Positions 52,717-64,000 of a stretch of 64,000 nucleotides of DNA are shown here, piece after piece. The notes beneath the pieces were generated by a model, which was not told where the DNA came from, made no database searches, and was given only the letters and a program-made list of their open reading frames with translations. The first letter of the stretch is position 1. Each line of letters opens with the position of its first letter. The stretch lies in assembly GCA_951406725.2 (NCBI GenBank), contig OX597821.1, positions 4,898,001-4,962,000 of the forward strand, in the 5' to 3' direction. The stretch is from Octopus vulgaris (Eukaryota). Made by a program: the position numbers and the translations under genes.

Positions 52717-53544
52717 CTTATGCATGTGTCCACGAGAGTGCCTGCCTACGTATAAATCAGTTTGTACATATTTTGTTTACTTAGCGCTTGATGAATTCAG
52801 GTATTTTTTACGTTTTCTTTTTTTTTTCTTTGTCTCAACTACTTCTGCGACTACTTGCCCTCATTGACACACATATAACACACACACACACACACGCACA
52901 CACACACACACACACACACAAACACTCTCTGTTCCACCCTCTCTGTAGCACACGCACTCCTTCTTCCTCTAACTTTCTCCCACTTTGTGTAACATATTTA
53001 AAATTAGAATTTCTAACGTTAATTGCAAATCATATTAAATGCCATACAATAACAACAAACAAAATCCAAAAAATAAGACAAACAATTTGTCATGATTGAG
53101 TTGTAATTACCAAACAGCTTCTGATGAAGGGCTTTTGAAGTATGACATGTCTCTGTGTAAAGTGTTCCACCTCTGGCAGTTATCTTTGTATATGAATGTT
53201 GATAGCTGAGAGCCATGTCACCCAACCAGTAAAATAACACAATTAACTGTTTAAAACAATCTGTAATATAACCAATTGACTACGCTTCATGTCAGAGGTG
53301 GAAATCGAATAATGATTACCTGCCGTATTGCTTTGGTAATAGATTCGTTTGTAGCGTCAGTCGGGAATGAGATTTTGTCGATGTGAAACCGCTATGATTA
53401 CGTTTCAATCCCTTGTAGAACATTTTTCACCCCTGTCGTTCTTTTTCAAGGAATTTTGAGTTTTCATCACGTCTCTCAAATCAAATCAACATTCATATAA
53501 ATCTGTGCTTCTTACAGAAATGCATTTATTTGTGAACAGAAATG

Positions 53545-53602
<58 letters not shown>

Positions 53603-54189
53603 ACGTGTGGTAGGCCCCCGCTTCCTCGACGAAATCTCACTCTGCAGGATATTCATATATAGATTTTCAAGCAAAATACATTTGCTGATTTCGAAAATCT
53701 GTTCGACAGCAATAATAATTCTCTAAATGAGATATATACAGTAACTGCTCCATAACATAAAGGACTAAAGCCATCTGAATATGGCTAGGGACAGGGCAGG
53801 GTGGTGGGGGTGTTACTGTTGCATTTAGCCCCAGGCGAACATATATAGATTATCACACGCTCAACTAAACACGAAACCACTTGATTGCAAAGCGAAGTTC
53901 TTAATCGCGCCTCGGTACATGCACCTATAACCACGCCTGCGCCTATGTTGTTCATGTTTGCTTGTACTGTAGCATCCTATAGCTGAAATTTCTAATTTAA
54001 CAGAAATACATAGAAAGCTGGGTGGTAGTACTAATTATGTTTTCTTTTATGTCATGTGCCTAACTTTAATTTCCGTTTCACAGTCTAAATTATTCATAAT
54101 GATCTATAATTACTCGATGAACATTTTAATTATCTATTATCATAAATTATAATATATACGATATATTTCATTTTTATTGTCAGTGTCGT

Positions 54190-55880
54190 TAAGGCTGCGA
54201 TCTGGCAGAAACGTTAGCACGCCGGGAGAAATGCCTCGTGATATTTCATCTGCTGCTACGTTCTGAGTTCAAATTCCGCCGTCCTTTCGGGGCTGATAAA
54301 TTCAGTTGCATACAGGAGTCTATCTACTCGACTGGGCCCTCGCCCAAAATTTCGGAACTTGTACCTAAAGTGAAAAAAGAATGAAAAGAAAACAGAATTG
54401 TTAGCACGCAGAGAAACATGTTTAGCAGCATTTGTTCTGAGTTCATCTGCTGCGGTGGTCGAATTTATCTTTTCCTCTTTTAGTGGTCGTTTAAATATAC
54501 TACCAGTTGAACACTGCTGACAATGTAATCAACTATTTTCCTTTACCTAAAAAATTTCTGGTTTTCTGCCAAGTTCAGTAAGAATGATTTACTGATGGAA
54601 AGAAGGTGTGATGTCAGAATCGTTAGCACGCCGGATAAAATGCTCATGAGCATTCGTTCTGAGTTTCTATGCTGCCCTTAATTTTCATCGGTCTGGGTTG
54701 GGGAAATAAGTATGAGTCAAGGATTGAGATCGATGTAATCGACTAACCCCGCAACCACTTTATAATTTAAATCTTTGTGCATATAGTAGAAAGTATTTAC
54801 TAATTAGAATACGTCGAACAGGCAGAATGGTTAGCCCGCTCGACAAAACGCTAAGCGGAATTTCTACAGGTTTTACGTTCTGAGTTCAAATACCTATTTT
54901 TTTATTACCCACAAGGGGCTAAACATAGAGGGGACAAACAAGGACAGACATAGGTATTAAGTCGATTTCATCGACACAAGTGCGTAACTGGTACTTGTTT
55001 AATCGACCCCGAAAGGATGAAAGGCAAAGTCAACCTCGGCGGAATTTGAACTCACAACGTAACGGCAGACGAAATACCACTAAGTATTTCGCCCGGCGCG
55101 CAAACGTTTCTGCCAGCTCGCCGCCTGAGTTCAAGTAACGTCGAGGTCAACTTTGCGTGTTATCCTTTCAGTTAAGTACCGGAGTTGCTGCAAATGATTA
55201 GCCCCGTTCACCAAATTTCCGAGCTTGTGTCAATAGAAGAAAGAATTATTTAGTGATAAGGCAGCGACCCTGGCAGCTTCTCGCCTTAGCTGAATTGTAA
55301 AATTGATTCAAATATTTTCACCAAGCTAGGAAATTCCGGGTAGGGGTATGTCGATTATATTGACTCCAGTAATTAACTGGTACTTATTTTATTGATCTTG
55401 AAAGGATAAAAGTCAAATCGAACCCGCAGAATTGTGAACTCAGAACATAGAAACGGACGAATTGCATCTTAGCATTGTGCCATTTGTACTAACGAGTGTG
55501 CCAGATCGCTGCCTTACCCGAGTCGTTATATTAAATCACACTTTGCCTTTCATCCTGTCGAGGGCAATAAAATAAATACCAGCTGAAAATTAGGTTCAAT
55601 ATAATCGACCAACCCGCCTCACGAAATTACTTTTTCCAAAACTTGAGACCAATATTATGAGTATTTAAGGCAACAAAGGGAGAGAATCATTAGCACACCG
55701 GGAAAAATGTTTAGGGGTATTTCCTCCATTTTTTATTTTCCGAATTAAAACTCCGCCGGGCTCGACTTTATCCTTTCGGGGTCGATAAAATAAGTGCCGG
55801 TTGAGCACTGATATCGATGAAATCCCCTTACACCCACTCACCCCTGAAATTGCTGGCCTTCTACCAACATTTTTAACCAA
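54190..55880. mobile_element. Cluster of ~7 family A SINEs, mostly head-to-tail, two nested in reverse
   Basis: Heads at ~54193, 54395, 54605, 54815, 55260 and 55668. Reverse copy 54893-55125 has TSD TGAGTTCAA(A/G)TA. Reverse copy at ~55300-55515. Confidence 0.8.
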
Positions 55881-56762
55881 TATAAATCATATTTTCTTAA
55901 AACTCATAGATCAAAACTTTGTGTCTTACTTCTTTCGATGCCCCGAATACATAAGCAAATTCACTCCCCTGCAATGTATTATCAGCTATCATTTTTTTTT
56001 TCCTTTCTTAGATACACAAATACACGGTTTTTATATAACACTATGTCATTTCATACATAATATATATTTTTGTGTAATATATTTTCTTGTCGTCAATTTT
56101 ACTACGACAGTGCCAAAAGGTATTTTGTTTTTCCATTTCCCATCTATCAAACAACTAATAGCAGATATATCGCCGTCCAATAATTTTCCTTTGTTATTTC
56201 CGCTTAACATTGCAGTTCTTCATATGCAACTGAAATTTTCCTTGTGCTCCAAAAATATTAAGTTTTTATGTTGCATTATTTATAATCGTTAGAAGGTCTG
56301 TTCAGAGAATTCGCTAAAATGGTTTTCTGAAGTTTCAGCTTCCGATAAATTTTGTCACTAAAATTTGATCTTTGACTAATCTTTTTCTTTGTCTTCTATT
56401 TTTTTTACACTAACGTACACACACCCACACTAACACATACACACACACACGCACACAGACATACACACATCCATAATATTTGATATATAGATAGCTACAC
56501 ACGGACATGTGTATGGACACATACATATAGATTTATATGTATACCTAAATATACATGCATATAAATTCATATATACATATGGATGTGTCTGTGTGTCCAT
56601 GGTGTATGAATATGTGTGCGCGGTTGTATGTGTGTGTGTGTGTGTGTGTACCATGGCTATTATGAGCATTTCATATATAATGTAATAAAGAATATTCTAC
56701 ATTTATACGGTTGCATATCGACTTCTGCAATATACCGCATTTGGTTGATTCAGCAGAAATTC

Positions 56763-56800
<38 letters not shown>

Positions 56801-57463
56801 GGAGAGAGATGGAGAGAGAGAGAGAGAGGAAGATTGAGAAAGAAAGGAGTGAGAAAAAAAGGGAGAGAAAGAGAGAAGAGACAGTTACAGACACTCGATG
56901 GCTGTCCACTCGCCGAAAGTGTTGACCATACATCACTATTAGAACATATTATCTTTTCTTAGATTATCTCTCCTAGCATCACACTTCTATCCTACAAAAG
57001 ACTTGGACATGTTATTGCCAACACGACACACTTATGTGTTTAGTTTGTATTCCATGAAACTCAAACCATCGTTGTTGTCAGTTTTAGAAGTATAAGAGAG
57101 ACAATATTTACTCTTTCTCACATATCATGTTCCACTCGTATGAGACACTCTACTCACATTCACTGATGACATTAAAACCTTGCACCCCTTCTTGCAATAC
57201 AGTTGCACTCATGATTTCAATAAGCTTCTACAAACAAATATGGCTTCGCAACCTCACAATTAGAGGGTAGTGGATTTCCCTCCGTTATGTCCTTTCCTGG
57301 CAGTTCCTCTCATGTTTGCATGCCGATGCGTTTTGTCATCAATTAAACACACATGAATACATATATATACACACAGACATATATATATCTATATACGTAC
57401 GAGCGTTTGTATGCGTGTTTTACGCATGTATTCCCATATATAAATGTATGAGTGTAAATTTAA

Positions 57464-57497
<34 letters not shown>

Positions 57498-57570
57498 ACA
57501 CATACATACATATATATATATATACATACTTTGAAAAGGATGTGTAGCGTTCTATCATATAATAATATAG

Positions 57571-57617
<47 letters not shown>

Positions 57618-57631
57618 CCTATATATACATA

Positions 57632-58060
57632 CATAATAACAATTTAATAAATAAAACATATGCATACATACATACATATATGTACATACCTACATATATA
57701 TGTATATATACATGCATATATGAGTACAGGACACCACAAATAAACGTAGAACACAACAAGAAACGAAAACATAAAAACAAACAAGGAAACGGACTTTTTT
57801 TAACACCGAAAAAACAGAGTACAAGACAAACAATACAAGGAACATTCCCCTTCTTCAGCTGCCCCTGTTTCGACTCAATGCGTGCTCGTTATGTTCTACG
57901 TTTATTTGTGGTGTCCTGTACTCATATATGCATGTATATATACATATAGATGTAGGTATGTACATATATGTATGTATGTATGCATATGTTTTATTTATTA
58001 AATTGTTATTATATGATTGAACGCCACGCGTCGTTTTTTTATTCTCAAAGTAAGTTTTTA
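57632..58060. mobile_element. Inverted-arm plus tail footprint (PLE-like) within (TA)n
   Basis: ~57632-57755 is the near-perfect reverse complement of ~57889-58016, with an unpaired tail to 58060. Confidence 0.7.
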
Positions 58061-58064
58061 TTAT

Positions 58065-58145
<81 letters not shown>

Positions 58146-58173
58146 CATATATATATATATATACATATATATA

Positions 58174-58553
58174 TACTTAATAATTAGGGCTCAGCAAAGA
58201 TTTGCTTTACCACATAACGAAGTTTAGAAATAGAAGCCAAAAACCTTAGCTATTTCTTCTACTTTAAAAAGGGACTCCCAGAGAAACCAAAATACTTGAA
58301 AACAATCCACACAGGCAGAGAGGAAAAGTAACGAAAATCAATCAATATCTGGTCACCCATGGACGCGCGTTTCCGAAACTAAGGTTTTTGGCTTCTTTTT
58401 CTAAACTTCGGTATGTGGTAAAGCAAATCTTTGCTGAAACCTAATTATTAAGTATTACTTATGTTTACCGTGAAATGGTCCTTTTTTCATGCCGAATTCT
58501 ACTTGGTGAAATTATTGATTACTTCTTAATTAATTAATTTTACCCATTGTTTA
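58174..58553. mobile_element. Inverted-arm plus tail PLE footprint, related to 43872-44677
   Basis: 58174-58249 is inverted relative to 58379-58454. Tail GCCGAATTCTACTTGGTGAAATT is shared with 44008 and 44608. Half hammerhead GAAACGCGCGTC on minus at ~58362-58373. Confidence 0.8.
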
Positions 58554-58591
58554 TATATATACATGGCTATATATTTGCTTTTGAGCCAAAT

Positions 58592-58663
<72 letters not shown>

Positions 58664-59157
58664 TATATACATACATATATATGCCTATATACATACGTAT
58701 ATATACATACTTACATATATGCGTATATATATATTTGTGCGTATGTGGACACAGGACGACATGAAACATGTACAACAAAGAAGTACGAAGCACGAGTACA
58801 TAGAACATAAACTATTTTTTCGAACAGCGAAAGACACAAATGGAAATCAAAACAAACGAAATAAAAGAACTTCATCGTTCTGGGGTTGACGAGATAAATT
58901 TCTATTTCGGAGCGATTGATTATCGAATTATTAGAGTTTCTGTGGCGGTTGTTAATGTATTGCGGCGTCAATTCTGGTTTTACGTATTCTCTTCCTGTCG
59001 CCGAATAAAACGAGACTCTTTTGTTAGGTGTTTTTAGAAAGCCGAGAAAATATCTGTATCTGCTCAAGTCTACATACACACTTAAACTAATGAGCAAACT
59101 CACTGGGCACCTTACTAAACCACATTCGTTCGGGACTAACGGTTACCTGTACTCTCC

Positions 59158-59560
59158 TATTCTTTAATTCTTTTACTTGTTTCAGTTATTTGACTGCGGA
59201 TATGCTGGAGCACCGCCTTTAATCGAGCAAATCGATCCCAGGACTTATTCTTTGTAAGCATAGTACTTGGTCTCTGTTCCCGAACCACTAGCTAACGGGG
59301 ACGTAGACACACCAGAAACATTTGTCAAGTGATGTTGGGAGCGAGGAGACGAGCACAGACACGCAAATATGCACACACACACACACACACACATATACGA
59401 CCTGTTTCTTTCAGTTTCCGTCTACAAAATCCACTTACAAGGCTTTGGTCGGCCTGAGACTATAGCAGAAAACACTTGCCGAAAGTGTCGCGCAGTGGGA
59501 CCGAACCCGGAACCATGTGGTTGGTATGCAAGCTGTTTACCACACAGCCACTCCTGCGCC
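59158..59560 (-). mobile_element. Family B SINE
   Basis: Reverse complement of the family B consensus. Confidence 0.82.
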
Positions 59561-59691
59561 TATGTGTGTCTAGTGTGTAGATGAAGCAAAATTTTCAGCT
59601 ATTTCTAGCAATTAAGAGACTTGCAGTTTTTCCTGAATAATAATTTTTCGGTTTCTCAACAATCATTGTCGATCGATTAATACCATAAACA

Positions 59692-60060
59692 AGGCAGTGA
59701 GCAGCCAAAATTGTTGATGCGTCGGACCAAATGCTTAGCGGTATTTCTTCCATTGGCTTTGCCTTTTACTCCCTCGTAGGTCGATAAAACAAATACCAGT
59801 GAAATATTGGAATCGATTTAAACTCCTACCTCAAAATGATGGGCACGTATTAAACATTGAAACAATTATTAAGGCAGCGAACTTGCAGATTTGTAAGCAC
59901 GTTTAACAAAAGCCATAGCGCCATTTCTTCCGGCCCTGTACGTTCTGAATTTAAATCGTCTATGCCTTTCATTCTTTCCTGGTTGATGAAAGAAATATCA
60001 GTCAAGCAAAGGGGTTAGATGTATTCTACTAATCCCACCCTACTAAAATTCCTGGCCTTT
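59692..60060 (+). mobile_element. Two degenerate tandem family A SINEs
   Basis: Heads AAGGCAGTGAGC (59691) and AAGGCAGCGAAC (59871) separated by ATTATT. Confidence 0.6.
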
Positions 60061-60873
60061 CAAAAAATTAATATTTTAGTGTGTGAGAAAGAGTATTTAG
60101 GTTAGTTGACGTCTACATAGAGACTGAAATAAATTTTCCAACTCATGGGACAGATCACTAAGATACACCCTATCAAATCGTAGTCGTCAGGAGTGAGAGC
60201 TAAATTTATTGTACTTGCATGTAACAGAAGGGAACATTTTCTACTATTTCTAGTAATTAAATCCAAGGCAATGATTTTCTCTTCTTAATATCATTGAGAC
60301 TCTCAAAACCATTTTCAGTCGATTAATATTATAAGCAAATTCGAGACAAATTATTAGAGCCAAAAAATGAAAGTCTTACTGAGAACTTAAATTGGCATCG
60401 ACATAGCTTCAGTCTAAATAACAGTGCTCACCAGGAGATAAAATTATTCAACCATCAATTTGTTCTTTCACTACAAAAATTGGAAGCTAGGGCATTCCAT
60501 TTAATGAGAACGGGTTTCAAATTACTGTAACGGTATTACACTCTCTTTTACCAATCACGTGTTTGTTGTTCTTGCTGCCGTTGTTATCGTTTGCTTATTT
60601 CCCCGGAGGACATTAAATTCTCTTAAAAAAATCCTATTCTTTGATCGACACTAAATCGAAAATTTCGTTTTTGAAATTATCATTTTTTTTTTTACTATTG
60701 TTATTATTCTATTGTATTTATTACATTTTTGTATATTTCTTCTTATTTTTGTTTTCCCTTATACTTTTGTATTTATACATCTTTTGTTCTTTTTTCTATT
60801 ATTTTTTTTCATTTTTAGATTTACCATTATCACCACAGACATAGATGAACGTATATGTATATATGCACATCTA

Positions 60874-60904
<31 letters not shown>

Positions 60905-60911
60905 ATATCTA

Positions 60912-60960
<49 letters not shown>

Positions 60961-61631
60961 ACATTCATAAATGCATGCGTATATCTATGTATATGTGCGG
61001 GAGTACGTGTACATATGTGCGTGTGAGTATGTGCATTTATGTATGCAAGTACGTACGTAGGTGTGTATTCTTCAGGATGTTATTCACTGAGTTTATTTTT
61101 TTCCTTTTCTCTTTTATATGTTTCATTGCCTATTTTACGCTGCATGATCACGTGTTAATGAAAATGAAATAACAAGAGGAACAACAACAACAACAGCTAC
61201 ATCAACAATAATTATAAATGAAAATGTGAAACAAAAAACACTCTCCAAAAATTGGCAATAATAAAGTAGTTGAAATAAGGGTCCCTGATATTGGATATAT
61301 AGGTTTTAGGCTATCAGTGATTTAATGTATACCTCAATAAAAACCTAAATCTAACTCTGCAACAAGAAGCATTGAACTGAAGCGAAATATAGAAATTAGA
61401 AACCCAGAGAGCAACCAACATCACAACCATTCCAACCCCATAACGACAACAAATAAAGAAAGAAACAACTGACAACATGACTGGTCTTGGCGGCAAATCC
61501 ATTAAAATTTGAGTTCATACAGGGTAAATGTTCCTCATCATTTACCATTAAATGTTGGTTATATGATAGAGAAAGAAATTAAAACGAATCAACAAACTTC
61601 ATTTCTACTAGCAGTACTACTACAAGAAAGG

Positions 61632-62595
61632 GGCAGTGAACTGGCAGAATTATTAGCACGCCGGGCGAAATGCTTAGCGATATTTCATCTGCCGTTACGT
61701 TCTGAGTTCAAATTCCGCTGATATCGACTATGCCTTTCATTCTTTCGCGGTCGATTATAGAAGTGCTAGTTACGCACTGGGGTCGATGTAATCGATTTAA
61801 TCCCTTTGTCTGTCCTTGTTTCTCCCCTCTATGCTTAGCCCCTTGTGGGCAATAAAGAAAGTAATATTACTATAGGTAATCATTTCGGTCATCTTTACGT
61901 TTTGAATTCAAAATTCCACTGTGGTCGACTTTGCCTTTAATCCTTTCAGGATCGATAGAATATGTACCAGCTCAGCTCTTCGGTTGATATAACGAGCTTA
62001 TCCACTCTACTGAAATTGCTGGGCTTGTCCCAAAATTTGAAATGAATATTACCGGGGTCCACTTTGATTTCTAATCTTCCAGGTTCGATAAAATAAGTAT
62101 TAATTGAACACTGGAGCTGATGCAATCTATTTACCATCACTAGCCTTGAAATTGCTGGCCTTGTGCCAAACCTTGAAATCAATATTACTACAAATACTAA
62201 GACGGTGAGTTGGCAGAATTATTAGGACGCCGGGAAACAAGCTTAGCGGTATTTCGTCCGTCTCTACTTTCTGAGTTCAAATTCCGTTGAGGACGACTTT
62301 GCCTTTCATCCGTTCAGGGCCGATAAAATAAGAATCGATTGAAAACTTAAGTTGATGTAATCGACCTATCATCCCCGTCCCTCAAATTACTAACTTCATA
62401 CCAAAATTTGGATCAATAATCCTACATGTAATATTACTAACTCTGCTATTAAGACTAATCGTTTCAAAATTTGGCAGAGGCCCAACAGCTTTTGAGGGGA
62501 GGAGGATATTAATACTTGCCTAAATCGTATGTTGTCGCTAACAAAAGAATGACAAGTAAAGTCGACTTCTGCAAAATTTGAACTCAGAACGTTCG
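61632..62595. mobile_element. Cluster of ~5 family A SINEs
   Basis: Full copy 61632-61860, partial copies at ~61880 and 62050, head at 62200, reverse partial copy at 62460-62595. Confidence 0.78.
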
Positions 62596-62663
62596 AACAG
62601 ATAAATCTATATATATGTGTATGTATGTATGCTTGAATGTGTATATATATATATATATATATA

Positions 62664-62828
62664 ACGGGAAGCTTTATGGAAATAAACAAAAGACAAAGGC
62701 AGGTGGAGTAAAAACAAACAATTGTATTAGTATGGCACTCAGAAATATAAATAAAACAAGTCTTTTACGTTTCGAGCCTACGCTCTTCAACAGAAAGATA
62801 CACAGAATAGAAACACGGAGAGAAACAA

Positions 62829-62830
<2 letters not shown>
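62664..62830 (-). mobile_element. PLE pseudo-LTR fragment in (TA)n with hammerhead-like motif (62761-62798)
   Basis: Minus strand: TCTTT-CTGTTGA-A-GAGC-gtag-GCTC-GAAA-CGTA-AAAGA. Confidence 0.65.
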
Positions 62831-62909
<79 letters not shown>

Positions 62910-63253
62910 CCACAAAATGTGTATATATGTGTGTCAGGTGTCTGTGTCTGTGTGCGTGTTGTGTGTGTATGTTACAAATCGAGTGATTATGTGTATATTC
63001 GCAGAATTGAAGCACTTGGGGTACCATATTCACATTACGAGGCGAATTTATCCAACTGTCCCGTTGCAACCGTATATGATTCTACAACTGTTTCAATTCT
63101 GTGTATATACATATATTTAATAGATCAATAACGTCTATGAATGGTTTCTGTCGTTGCTTTTATCATTAATATAGTGTTTACCATTAATGAAACTGTCGGC
63201 ATTTTTTGACGACACGAGCATGTTAGTATTGACAATAAAATTATAACAAGGCT

Positions 63254-63272
63254 AGTGTAGTAGAAGTAGTAA

Positions 63273-63320
<48 letters not shown>

Positions 63321-63925
63321 CAGCAGCAGTAGTAGTAGTAGTAGTGGCAGCAGCTGCAGTAGCAGCAGCAGTAGTAGTAGTAGTAGTAGTAGTAGTTGTA
63401 AAAGTAGTAGTAGTAGTAGTAGTAGTTGTAAAAGTAGTAGTAGTAGTAGTAGTTGTAAAAGTAGTAGTAGTAGTAGTGGTGGTGGAGGAGGAGAAGAAGA
63501 GGAGCAGTAGGAGTGTGGCAGCAGCAGCAGCAGAAACAGCTGGACGAGGAGGCAAGCAAAGAAGAGAGGAACTGGTGGAGAAAAGAATGAGGAGAGGAGG
63601 TGGGAGAGAACAGGTGTGGAAGGGCAGGTGGAAGAGAGCACATGGAAGAAAGTAGGAGGGAGAGTGTATGAGAATGAGAGGAAGGGAAGGAAAGCAGGTA
63701 GTTGATAGCCCGGACGGAGGAGGCGCAGAAATAGCAGGTAGAAAAGAGCATGATCAGAATAGCTGGAAGAGGAGAGTAGTAGCAGGAGAGCAAGTAATGC
63801 TGAGCAGAAAGAGGAGTAGGGTAGGAGGAGGAGAGCTGCTTGAGGAGAAGGAAGAGAAGGAAAAGAGGTGTAAGGGAGGAAGATGAGGAGATGGAGAGAG
63901 AGGAGAGCATGGAAAGGAGAACTGC
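63254..63925. repeat. (GTA)n/(GCA)n microsatellite grading into a purine-rich (GGA/GA) low-complexity tract
   Basis: Seen directly. Confidence 0.9.
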
Positions 63926-64000
63926 AAGATAACATAGGATTAAAAAAAAAAATAATCCTTTGATAACATGAAAGAGAGAAAAAAGGGAAATCCGCAAAAA

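Noticed and set aside
53121-53150. CTGATGAAGGGCTTTTGAAG as a hammerhead core
   Set aside because: No GAAA and no supporting stems.

Overview
AT-rich, microsatellite-saturated animal intergenic/intronic DNA. The SINE families and repeat landscape point to a coleoid cephalopod such as Octopus (inference). I can support no host protein-coding gene, and almost all ORF-track entries are microsatellite artefacts. The only real long ORF (40235-42007, minus) is the RT + GIY-YIG protein of a young, 5'-truncated Naiad-type Penelope-like element (PLE, ~34723-42077). This element is inserted in the (TA)n of a SINE and has a perfect 73-bp inverted pseudo-LTR, a minimal hammerhead ribozyme and a ~5.3-kb non-coding region of nested direct and inverted repeats. 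The most striking observation is that these repeat arms differ almost only by transitions that give G·U pairs on one specific strand. Two tandem copies also differ by a one-directional A-to-G cluster in ADAR-type context. This looks like A-to-I RNA hyper-editing written back into the genome by retrotransposition. The rest of the window holds many small PLE footprints with diverse hammerhead variants in (TA)n/(TAA)n tracts, five SINE families (one in arrays), R4/Dong and RTE LINE fragments, a non-autonomous Helitron, a hAT MITE, a Tc1/mariner relic and one promoter-like island.
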